Below are positions 53,535 to 64,000 of a stretch of 64,000 nucleotides of DNA, one piece after another. The position numbers and the translations under genes are program-made. This DNA is from Octopus sinensis (lineage: Eukaryota). The notes under the pieces were generated by a model that searched no databases, was not told where the DNA came from, and was given only the letters and a program-made list of their open reading frames with translations. Location: the NCBI RefSeq assembly GCF_006345805.1, contig NC_042998.1:131564001-131628000 (forward strand), read 5' to 3'. How positions within the stretch are numbered: the stretch's first letter is position 1; the number at the start of each line of letters is the position of its first letter.

Positions 53535-53739
53535 TATATACAGATACACATACATCTATATACATATGCATATACATACATACACACACTCACACACACA
53601 TATATATATATACATATATATATGTATGCATGTATGTATGTATGTATGTATGTATGCATGGAATTATATACATGTACATAGTTTCGTGCATACGCTTATA
53701 GATAAACGACCTAATTTTTTATAATAGATTTATATAAGC

Positions 53740-54200
53740 TATAGTTTTCGTGGATTGTAACTTGATATTTGAAAATGTACTTTTTAAACTAAGATAAAAT
53801 AATTCAATTTTCCTTTATGGTAATCATTGTTCTGTTTTCTATTTTTAGACTTGCTAGATCCTTTCCTTCTGTTTATTCTTGTATTTATGATGAGGTCTGT
53901 TTTCTCTTTATAGAAGCTTTTCTTTGCTTATGATCTCGTGAGCCTTTGTAGGTGTCGTTGTCGACAGCTTAAAGTTGGTTTTTGGTTTGTTTTGTTGTTT
54001 TTTCTCGAATATGAAGACTATGTAACTTTCTTAGTGATTTGGTATTTTCATGCCTTTTGTTTTTGGAAACCGTTTCTATGAATTTAAAATTTAATTTGTT
54101 TTATCATACCAATGAGATTTCCTTAAAATATTTTTGCATCTCTAAGTTGGAATGTGATATTAGTAGCTTTGAAACTAAGCTTTTCTTATGTTGTTGATGT
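53740..54200 (-). pseudogene. Possible degenerate Penelope-like 3' fragment
   Basis: Minus-strand remnants LSFKATN and HENTKSLRKLHSLHIREK weakly recall the SFK.RY and KPY...C.LC..EK region of PLE nucleases. Confidence 0.25.
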
Positions 54201-54301
54201 GCCATTTTCGTGGTAGGAAAATAGATGTGTGTGTGTGTGTGTGTGTGTGTCCATGCGTGCGTGCGTGTCTATCTGCCTGGGTGAACAGACAAAAGTGTAG
54301 G

Positions 54302-54388
<87 letters not shown>

Positions 54389-54453
54389 GCAGATTGGCAG
54401 GTAGACAGACAGACAGATTGACAGATAGATAGACAGACAGACAGATTGACAGT

Positions 54454-54538
<85 letters not shown>
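54302..54538. repeat. (GATA)n/(GACA)n array
   Basis: Directly visible. Confidence 0.95.
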
Positions 54539-54540
<2 letters not shown>

Positions 54541-55604
54541 GTTTCTTTATTGGCCACACAGGGCTGCACACAGATGGGACAAATTACAAGGTAGAGTTTT
54601 TCTTTTGGGGGATGAAAAAAAGAACAAGAGAAAAAAAGGGCCGTAGGTTTTCGATCAAAAGGGATCGTGAAAGGGAAAAAAAGGAGAAAAAAAGAAACAA
54701 AAGAAAAGAAAAAGGAAAAAAGAAGAAAAAAGAGGAAAAAGGGGAAGAGGAAAAAAAACGATCAATAGGGATCGTGTAACACAGTGTCATGATGTACGGT
54801 GTAATGGGGGGAAGCAGATGAGGTTTATCCGTGGGAAGAAAAGCCTACGAAAAAGACCACGGTAACCTCGGTCAATATTATTATATGTTACCACATTTGT
54901 TTGCAAGTGGGTAACCCTCTGTTTTCAATTTCTGGGTTCATAGGACTATGCTCAAGGTGGCTTCGTCATTCATACGTGTCATCCTTGCTACATTCACCCA
55001 TCTTTTTTAAAAACATTCGCTAGACAAAACTTGCCTCTCTACTCTCACTTTCCTTTTCAAGTGGTACTTGAAGAAGTTGATGAGAGATTGACCAGAGAGG
55101 AAAGTGTTTGTTTCCAATCCTTTCAGACGCGTCCACCAGATACATTCTTTCGCCATAGCCACAAGGATGATGAAAATAGCTCTTCCTTCCCGTTTGAAGG
55201 AAGGAGGCGTGACAATATTGACGATAGACTCAGCTGATAAACTGACTCGTCCCACACGTGACAGCAGTTGTTCGACATAAGCCCACAGGTCGGAAATTGT
55301 TGGACACTGCACGAGTGCGTGCAGAACGGTTTCGTCGCTCTGACCGCATCTCGGGCAGGTCGGCTCCGTGTTTCTCGAGCCGTGTCTGCAGAGCTTATCC
55401 CGAACGGGTAGCGCTTCTCGGTAGCACTGCCAGGCCAGGGATCTCTGGGCCCATGGGCCCTGGCCCGAAAGTCGTCCCGAACAGGCGGGTCAGGTATTCC
55501 TCGTCGTCGTACCTCCCCTCCACTAATCCCCTATAGAATGCTTTGGTTATGATGGAGTCACTCAAGGTCGATCCAGGACGGCAGAGTTGCTTGAGAGCAA
55601 CGCG
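54541..55604 (-). mobile_element. 5'-truncated Tx1/L1-clade LINE 3' end, young
   Basis: IITKAFYRGLVEGRYDD...FGPGPM, zinc knuckle CPRCGQSDETVLHALVQC, and LVAMAKECIWWTRLKG...LKRKVRVERQVLSSECF. 3' UTR ends TTTGTCCCATCTGTGTGCAGCCCTGTGTGGCCAATAAAGAAAC. Confidence 0.9.
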
Positions 55605-55610
55605 AGATAC

Positions 55611-55706
<96 letters not shown>

Positions 55707-55745
55707 ACAGACAGACAGGTAGGCAGGCAGACAGACATGTAGACA
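55605..55745. repeat. (GATA)n/(GACA)n array
   Basis: Directly visible. Confidence 0.95.
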
Positions 55746-55799
55746 CCACACAGACAGGGCAAAAGTCTCATGGATAAAACAATCAAATAACAAAAATGT

Positions 55800-55960
55800 A
55801 AACTTTATGTTAGTGTTGCGCTGAAAGGAGGAAAAGGAATTAAAAATGACTCAATGTTTCGGATAGAACTTCTTCATCAACAGAAAGCGTGGAAGAAAGG
55901 AAGAAAGATGAAACAGAAAACAAGTAAAGAAAGATGGAACAAAGAAGGAGAAAAGCTTTC
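55800..55960 (-). repeat. Degenerate family E-like copy
   Basis: Reverse complement CTTTCTGTTGATGAAGAAGTTCTATCCGAAACATTG...TTCAGCGCAACACTAACAT, with a pyrimidine-rich upstream stretch. Confidence 0.4.
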
Positions 55961-57052
55961 TGTGGAACGAAGTTGCATGTGTACTTTATGCAGAATGACA
56001 TGAAATGAATGACCGACGGAAGGAAGAATGAGAAAGAAAAAAGATTTCACAGCTAAAAGATAACAGTAAAAAAGGAAAAATGGATAAGCGAGTTGTCCAT
56101 ATCAGAGACAGAATGCGTGTATATATCTATGTGTAATGAGGTGCATGTTAATGTTCTGCGCTTCCATGTATGTATTTGTATGTAGTATACTTTATAGTCA
56201 CTCGAGCATCTATACATTCGTGTATGTGCGTATGTGTATATTTGTTTGCGTATACGCATTCGAAAGTTCAGCTTTTGGGTTTTGTACTTTTTTCTGTATT
56301 TAATTGTGCATGTATTTGGAGATGTATGTTGCAATACGGTGATATATAATTGCATAAGTAATCTTAGTTAACCCAAGTTATTCAATTCTGTATATTGCAT
56401 GTGTAAAATTCTACACTTAATGTTTTTAGTCTGTATAACGTTCCAGTGAAGTATATTATCTTATCTTTATTGATAACTTTCATAAGCAACCTCCACACTA
56501 TCCCCTTATTTTTATATGTATATTCTGATAGTCTTGCCAACTGGGCAGAATGTACGTTGCTGGTGAGATCTAAAAACCTGACTCGTTCCTAAATAGAAAA
56601 TTATCTAATATTACTGAAGTTATTGCTCTTGTTGCTTTTAAACTTTATACACTTCTCAAGGAAGAGTTTGACATGTAATCGCAAGGATAATCTCAGTTAA
56701 TTTAAGTCTTCTACATCACTGTTTTGTACACTTGAGAATATTCGTATGATTATTAAGTATATTATATATATTCGTATGATTATTAAGAATATTATATATA
56801 TTCATATTTTCTATTTCTAAATATCCACTGATCACTTGTAAGTCATGACGACTACGTTGAATATATTTCGCCAAGAGATTTAACCCGGTCCGAACAAGTA
56901 TTGTTTTCTCTGGTTGATTTTAAGGACAAAATTCCGTAATGTCTGCATTACTTTTACTTCCCAAAGTTTATATTAGATTATATTACTGGAGTAGTTTGTG
57001 TTAGGATAAATATAGGTGTACCATGCTTTCTCTCTTATGAAAATGTGTAATC

Positions 57053-57096
57053 GATCTCTGATGAAGCGGTAAAAAATACGGAAACTAGATCAGGTC
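57053..57096 (+). ncRNA. Degenerate minimal type-I hammerhead-like motif
   Basis: GATCT-CTGATGA-AG-CGGTA-AAAAA-TACG-GAAAC-TAG-ATC-AGGTC. Stem I is 5/5 with one G-U; stems II and III are imperfect. Confidence 0.4.
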
Positions 57097-57568
57097 AGTC
57101 TGTTTCTTCTACCAAGAAACATATGGTTTAACCACAGAGATAAAACATGTGGTTTAACAGCAAAGAAAAAAAACATATGGCTTAACGACAGATGGTTAAA
57201 CATATTGTTTAACCATCTATTTCTCACAAGACAGCTACAGACGTTTATTAAAGAGGTATGAGTTATATTTCACATTATCTAAATCAACGGTTCGTAGTGT
57301 ACCATTAATTAATTTACTACTTATTCTAACTTAGCATTTTCACTGTATAATACAAATTATACATACCTGTGTAGTCCTGTCCCACTTAGTGTACAATACC
57401 TATAATTTCATGCAATACCTATAATCTAATAATCTCTATAATATAATCTGTGTTCTTTCCCTCCATGAAGTCAGCTATATTAAAAACTTGCAAAATTGAT
57501 TTCATTTCCTTCCCTCAGATACAAACATATGTAACTGCTTTATACAATTTTTAGAGAGAGGCTACGTT

Positions 57569-57779
57569 GGGCTAAACACAGAGGGGACAAACAAGGACAG
57601 ACAAAGGGATTAAGTCGATTACATCGACCCCAGTGCGTAACTGGTACTTAATTTATCGACCCCGAAAGGATGGAAGGCAAAGTCGACATCGGCGGAATTT
57701 GAACTCGGAACGTAACGACAGACGAAATACGGCTACGCAGGTCGCCCGGCGTGCTAACGTTTCTGCCAGCTCGCCGCCT

Positions 57780-57780
<1 letters not shown>
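57569..57780 (-). mobile_element. SINE family B, near full length (Tx1-like tail subtype)
   Basis: Head AAGGCGGCGAGCTGGCAGAAACGTTAGCACG, B-box GAGTTCAAATTCC, and tail TTTGTCCCCTCTGTGTTTAGCCC. Confidence 0.92.
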
Positions 57781-57836
<56 letters not shown>

Positions 57837-58129
57837 TAAACAAGTTTAAATGATAGTCATTACATATAATTCCTTTATTATAGCAAATTTGGCTTACAGC
57901 TGTCTCCAGTACTACTCATTATAGATAGGTTTACTCAATTGGTCTATTAATCAATTGATCAATTAAACCCTACCAAAAATTACTTGGAATTATCACTAAT
58001 CTAAGTAATATTATGTATCAACAGAGAACTTATGAAGTATTTTGCCTAGATTGATAATCCCTCACTATTTGTTTTATATATATATATGTGTGTGTGTGTG
58101 TAGTTTGTGTGTATGCATGTATGTATGTA

Positions 58130-58164
<35 letters not shown>

Positions 58165-58190
58165 TATATATATAAATATATATATGTATG

Positions 58191-58253
<63 letters not shown>

Positions 58254-58330
58254 ATAATTATGAGAAGAATATCAAAAGGATATCCTTTAATACAGCGCAA
58301 CTCATTAACACTCTTACGGACCAATAAGAA

Positions 58331-58795
58331 TATAGGCAAGAATGGAGATCACATCTCAAATGTCAGATCCTTTTATCAAATCAAATCACTTCGCATCATA
58401 GTCATATTCATATAAAGTATGAATTCAAGTACAAATATACAAATCATGAAGGCGAGCGATACATGAAAGTGCCTTCTCTAAAACATTCGGTGTTAAGCGC
58501 TCAAATTTTTCGAATCGAAACGATCGTAAGAATATGTACTCGTTAAAGATTCATCCTAATTCATCGCACACCACCGCTTCTTGGATTCCTACCTTCTAAA
58601 CTAGTCATCGATTCGTAAAATTTGAGCGCTTAACACCGAATGTTTTAGAGAAGGTACTTTCATGTATCGCTCGCCTTCATGATTTGTATATTTGTACTTG
58701 AATTCATAATTTATATGAATATGACTATGATGCGAAGTGATTTAATTTGATAAAGAGATCTGACATTTGAAATTTTTTCTCCATTCTTGCCTATA
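58331..58795. mobile_element. Foldback/MITE-like element, ~188-bp terminal inverted repeats, 89-bp spacer
   Basis: 58331-58518 versus the reverse complement of 58608-58795: about 10 mismatches by eye. Termini TATAGGCAAGAATGGAG and CTCCATTCTTGCCTATA. Confidence 0.9.
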
Positions 58796-59164
58796 CATAC
58801 ATATATACATAGATATATATATAATTATATATATATATAATGTGCGTGTGTGTGTATCTACGAATCTATATATATGTGTGTGTATGTGTGTGTGTGTGTG
58901 TAGTATGTGTGTGTATCTATAAACATATATATCTATGAAGGTCTATACACACACACACATACACACATATAATACACGTATAACACATAAGAAGATGGGT
59001 TCTGTCATGGGCCTGTGAAACGAAGTTGCACGGAAACTGAATCAAGCTATTTTATACATATATAAAATTAGGCATACATAAATGTATTATGTTCATTAAT
59101 ATGATTCATACATTTACATATCACATGATCAAGTGATCTACCAGACTAGCTGATATTGTTATAC

Positions 59165-60335
59165 ATCGGTGGACATTATGCGCTTTGCATCGTCTTAGCT
59201 TTCAACTAATGCCATTCCACTTAGTGACCAGGCTAACATCCCCCCTGATCAGAAGTTTAGTCAGTATCTCCTCAGCAGCTTACTCTTTACTCTTACTCTT
59301 TTACTCTTCTACTTGTTTCAGTCATTTGACTGCGGCCATGCTGGAGCACCGCCTTTAGTCGAGCAAATCGACCCCGGGACTTATTCTGTGTAAGCCCAGT
59401 ACTTATTCTATCGGTCTCTTTTGCCGAACCGCTAAGTGACGGGGGCGTAAACACACCAGCATCGGTTGTCAAGCAATGTTAGGGGGACAAACACAGACAC
59501 ACAAACAAACACACACACACACACATGCACATATATATATACCAAATCCACTCACAAGGCATTTGTCGGCCCGGGGCTATAGCAGAAGACACTTGCCCAA
59601 GATGCCACGCAGTGGGACTGAACCCGGAACCATGTGGTTGGTAAGCAAGCTACTTACCACACAGCCACTCCTGCGCCTATGCTGATGGCCGCTACCGCTG
59701 ACGACATTATCACGTTCTTAAGATGGTTGCAAGGTTGATAACAAATACTACCCTACGAAGGTCACTACCACTGTTCTCAACGCTGGAGAGAGTCCGGGTT
59801 CACTAGAACATCATTACTGTGCCTGCTTTCACGGTCCTAGCAACTGAGAGTGTATCACGTCGATCAGTTACAGTTCCCTGAGCACATCATATCAACGACA
59901 CTCTCTCTGTACAGACATAGTTGCCTACTCGAGTTCCCCCAAACGTATGATCACATGGGAACTGACTGTGCTGTGGGAAGAACACACGGTGGAGGCTTAT
60001 AAGAGAAAGCTAACCAAACAATAGGAACTGGTAGAGCAGTGAAGAAACCAAGGCTAGAAATCACGTTGTGAGACACATGAAGTGAGCGGCCGGTGATTTA
60101 GCGGAGCATTCACGCTACAAGGCTCTGGCTAAGAATAACTGGTGCAGCAAAAAGAACGGGGAGGGCATACATTCAATTACCGAAGCTACAGAGAAAGCTA
60201 TTTGGTGGCTTGGATAAAAAGGGCTGACCGGTGAGACTTTATTATCTACGGATGGGTCAACCGGACGAGGAAATCTGATGTTGCAAGAAACGAAACCATC
60301 TGAGATACTCAGAAGCATGGTTGATGTTGCTTTCT
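59165..60335 (+). mobile_element. Hero-type (RLE-class) non-LTR retrotransposon 3' fragment, split by a SINE
   Basis: LLSS|...ADGRYR*RHYHVLK, QLQFPEHIISTTL, TDIVAYSSSPKRMITWELTVLWEEHTVEAYKRKLTK, HEVSGR and EATEKA..W.WIKRAD follow the LRPD...ELTVPWE...EVG.RGF...WLW pattern of Hero elements. Confidence 0.8.
59281..59678 (-). mobile_element. SINE family A, young, inserted in the Hero fragment
   Basis: Head AGGCGCAGGAGTGGCTGTGTGGTAAGTAGC and tail (GAGTAAAA)n. A short deletion lies next to the internal microsatellite. Confidence 0.92.
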
Positions 60336-60445
60336 AATGCATCTGTGAAATATACTTTGGAAGTAAACTAATGTACATATATAGGCCAATTATGTATATA
60401 TATATAAAGACAAAAAGCAAGCATGTGTATACACACACACACGTC

Positions 60446-60484
<39 letters not shown>

Positions 60485-60507
60485 ATTCATGCTTGCATTT
60501 TATTTCT

Positions 60508-60875
60508 TATCTTTTATTTATTTCAGTCACTAGACTGCGGCCATGCTGGGGCACCACCTTGAAGTATTTTTAGTCGAATGAATGGACTCAAGGATTTATT
60601 TTTTTAAGCCTGGTACTTATTTCATCGTTCCATTCTGCCAAACCCGCTAAGTTACGGGACGTAAACAAACCAAGGCTGATTGTGAAGCGGTGGTAGGAGA
60701 CAAACACACACTCGCACACAATAAGCGTCTTTCAGTTTCCGTCTACCAAATCCACTATCAAGGCTTTGGTTGTCCCGGTGCTGTAGTAGAAGATACATGC
60801 CCAAGGTGCCACCCATTGAGACTGAACCCGGAACTATGTGGTTAAGAGGCAAATTTATTACCATGCAGTCATGCT
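60508..60875 (-). mobile_element. SINE family A, older copy
   Basis: TCAGTCACTAGACTGCGGCCATGCTGG...CAGTTTCCGTCTACCAAATCCAC...GCCCAAGGTGCCAC...GACTGAACCCGGAAC. Confidence 0.85.
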
Positions 60876-61450
60876 TGAGTGTTTAAAGAAGAGAAGAAGT
60901 CGACAAAAAAAACTGTCGTTTCTCCAGCAATCCTCTTGTCCGTGTACTTTTAAGATTCATTCCTGTTCCACAGCGCATCATGTGCGAAGCTGGAAAAAAG
61001 AAACATGCAAACCTGTTATTTTTACGTAGGTCAATCATGTTCCAGGATATATTTTGTTGCGCATGATATATACACTCAAATAATTAGTTTCTCTAGTCTT
61101 TGCGAAAATGTTAAATAATGTTTCCATTATCCGCAACCCATTTTCTATCAACAGTGCATTACTTTATTACAATTGCTTACGGCTCTAGCGTTGTTTGCAA
61201 AGTATGTTAACGTTTTCTGTTAATTAGTTCTTGTTGTTATCATATGAAGCAGTTTTGCTTGCCCTATTGTGTATACGTTATTACTATTATCATTATTTGT
61301 ATTTCTTGTTTTTATTCTGAGGACAATCATTTAAAGAAGATATTTTTGTCAATGTGTCTGTTGTTGATCGACTATTTCGATGTATATTCCTTTTTACTCA
61401 CGTTCTTCTATTCATTTGGTCTTCCCCCTCTTTTGACTCTCTTTACTTTC

Positions 61451-61526
<76 letters not shown>

Positions 61527-61803
61527 TATCTATCTATCTCTCCGACCTTTAGCTTTCATGCTTAATGTTTCTTTCTTCCTCATTGTGTAATGCTCCATCC
61601 CTGTCACAGATCTTATTCCAGTGTCACATATATTCTTTCATTCTATTTTTACTTGCCGAATTCAATTTATAAACGTTTCCCTCTTCTTTCTTCTTGTTCT
61701 TTCTGTTACTCTCTCTTTGTCCCTCTCTCTCTTTCACTCTTTAAATATAAACACGAAAGGTGGGTAGAGAGAGAAGACTAGAAATATCATAAGAAAGACA
61801 CAC

Positions 61804-61921
<118 letters not shown>

Positions 61922-61939
61922 TGTGTGTGTATACACATT

Positions 61940-62130
61940 TTTTCTCTGTCGATTTTTCTTTTCTTTTCAGCTTTTCATTATTTCACCATTTTTTTCCTCT
62001 TAATCCTTTCTGTCGAAGAGCGTAGACTCGAAATATAAAGGACTTTTCCGTTGTTCCCGAGCGTTAAACTAATACAGCTGCTTGTTATTCCTACTATCTT
62101 CGTCTTTTGTTTTCCGCAAATTTGAACTAT
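61940..62130 (+). mobile_element. Family E repeat copy (motif 62005-62041)
   Basis: CCTTT-CTGTCGA-A-GAGC-GTAG-ACTC-GAAAT-AT-A-AAGG, then CCCGAGCGTTAAACTAATACA. Confidence 0.75.
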
Positions 62131-63264
62131 ATATATATAAATACGCGTCCCTAGTGGACTCTTTTACCTGCTTCAGTCACTGATCCGTGTCCATTCTAAT
62201 TCATGTGTACATATGTGTGAGTATGTATGTGTGTAGGGGGGGGGGCTCTCTGTCTGTTTGTCTCTCTCTTTACGTAAGGTTAAGGTGAAATGATTTTTTA
62301 TAAGTGTAAACCTAAAAATTAACGCCATTTATAACTCACAACAAATTTTTAAAGCAATTTTATTGATAGTAATTTCGAAGTTTAACCAGTAGCTGGTCTC
62401 GGGAGAGTGCTTTGCATGTACAATCGATATATTGAGTAGCACAGTCGATATATTAGGCTCAGCTGAAGGCAGCATCCTCGATAATTGGGGCTTTTGTTAG
62501 TGAGGGTAAAATAAAACATCCGTTTCGACGGTCCAGAACGAACCCCGGATCGTTGCTGCAGAAGCGGTAAAGCCGGAGGCAATGTGAAAAGAGAATAGCA
62601 GATTTTATAAGTAGGATGTGAAACGAAACTGCTGAGGTAGCAGCGTGAGTCCGCAGGTGTGTAGCTGACTTTCAGGGAGTGTGGAGGTTGTCGATGGAGT
62701 TACATAATGTCTATAAAATTGATGGAGGTATTAGAATTGAAGACGAAAGCCGGTATTCGGTAGAAAGTATTGATGAAGGATATGACAAATGAATGCTCTT
62801 TGGTAAATGCTGCAGCACTGATACAGCCACCGATCATCATGGTCAGGTCCAGTAAACCAGGAAGAAATGAAGGTTTTAAATGATTCAACAAACAATTTGT
62901 TGATATTGGGACCCATCATCATATCCTTGAACATAATATTTACATTGTTGTTATAAACCAGAGAGAGAGAGAGAGAGAGAGATGGATATGTGTAGAAGTG
63001 CTGGGTTCAAATATGGTGCGAGGTCTAATTCTATTCATTATAGGTTGCGGGTACATTTTATGGAGTCACTATTCCAATGGTTAGAAGTATTGCATGTATC
63101 CAGTTTATTTTCCCTTTGAGTTGATTTTATTCCCATCATGCGTAATTTTTAGGACGTAGCGTATGAAATTGTATTGCAATCAGTCTATATTGCAGTTTTA
63201 TATTGTGTATAATAGTATTTTCATGCTCCCAATAAAGATAAAATTCTTCCCGAAAACTTCAGAC

Positions 63265-63460
63265 TCATAGGGCAGCGCATGAATCCTCCCTACCACAAAC
63301 AGGACGCCGGTCCATTGAAGGATTACTCATCTTTGCCAGTTGAGTAGATTGGAGCAAAGTAAAATGGAGTGTTCTGCTCAAGAACACAACGCTTCGCTCG
63401 ATCCAGGAACTGAAACCAAAATCTTACAGCCATGAGTCCTAATCGCTAAGCTACGCACTT
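63265..63460 (-). mobile_element. SINE family D-like 5' portion
   Basis: Reverse complement GTGCGTAGCTTAGCGATTAG...GGTTTCAGTTCC...GCGTTGTGTTCTTGAGCAGAACACT...TTTTACTTTGCTCCA matches 560-610. Confidence 0.75.
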
Positions 63461-64000
63461 TCACGCTCCCAATAAGACAGACCTTAAAAATATGGGATCT
63501 TTTTGAAAGTATTCATCTAATAACCACATCGAGGTTGTAACTGAGCGATCTAGTTGTTTGTGTAGATTAGTTTGTCAGAATAGAGATAGAAGTTTCTATC
63601 TGAAGCAATTATTCAAATGCTCTTTAATGGGTACCATATGAAAATCTCTGTGATATATGAAAGGAGTACGAAGGGAAAAACCAACGAGAAATAGGAACGA
63701 GTAGGCAGAAGAGTCCCAATAGTGCCTGGAGTAGATTAATCGGAGTGGATGTTTAGTGTGGCCTTTATATGACTTGTATATATTTGATGTAAATGGAAAC
63801 ATGGTTCATTAGTTATGAATTTCTCTTTGCAGCAACGGGATCCCGAGTTCTTTCCCACTTCACAGCACTTTAATGTTTTCTAATATAGCTTGTAAAGAAA
63901 CCCACCGGACAGCTTTTACCTGTAATCAAAAGGCCCAACTTGCTGGCACACACTATGTAATTCAGATTCCATCTCTTGATTGCAGTAAAGATATAAGTCT

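Noticed and set aside
62380-62940. GC-richer, coding-looking stretch
   Set aside because: Multiple stops occur in the frames examined and I recognise no motif. It is possibly an old LINE fragment but cannot be supported.

Overview
This is AT-rich, extremely microsatellite-dense animal genomic DNA, probably an intron or intergenic tract. I infer a coleoid cephalopod, most likely Octopus, from the SINE and LINE repertoire and the repeat style; this is recognition, not a database result. No intact protein-coding gene can be supported, and nearly all listed ORFs are translations of microsatellites. The window is a retroelement graveyard. It holds at least three tRNA-headed SINE families (called A, B and D here), five Tx1/L1-clade LINE fragments, two R4/Dong-type LINEs, one Hero-type LINE and Penelope-like (GIY-YIG) remnants. 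It also holds a Tigger/pogo derivative, probable hAT and Helitron-type non-autonomous elements, two long foldback palindromes and a 100-N scaffold gap. Three observations stand out. (1) A dispersed ~200-bp non-coding repeat (family E), embedded in (TA)n tracts, carries a 36-nt minimal type-I hammerhead-like fold with an atypical U at core position 6; an A6 relative and several other hammerhead-like motifs also occur. (2) One SINE-B subfamily ends in ~42 nt that match the 3' terminus of the resident Tx1-clade LINE, while other SINE-B copies carry a different tail. (3) Tx1 copies sit inside different microsatellites. Coordinates of degenerate repeats are approximate (about +/-20 bp).
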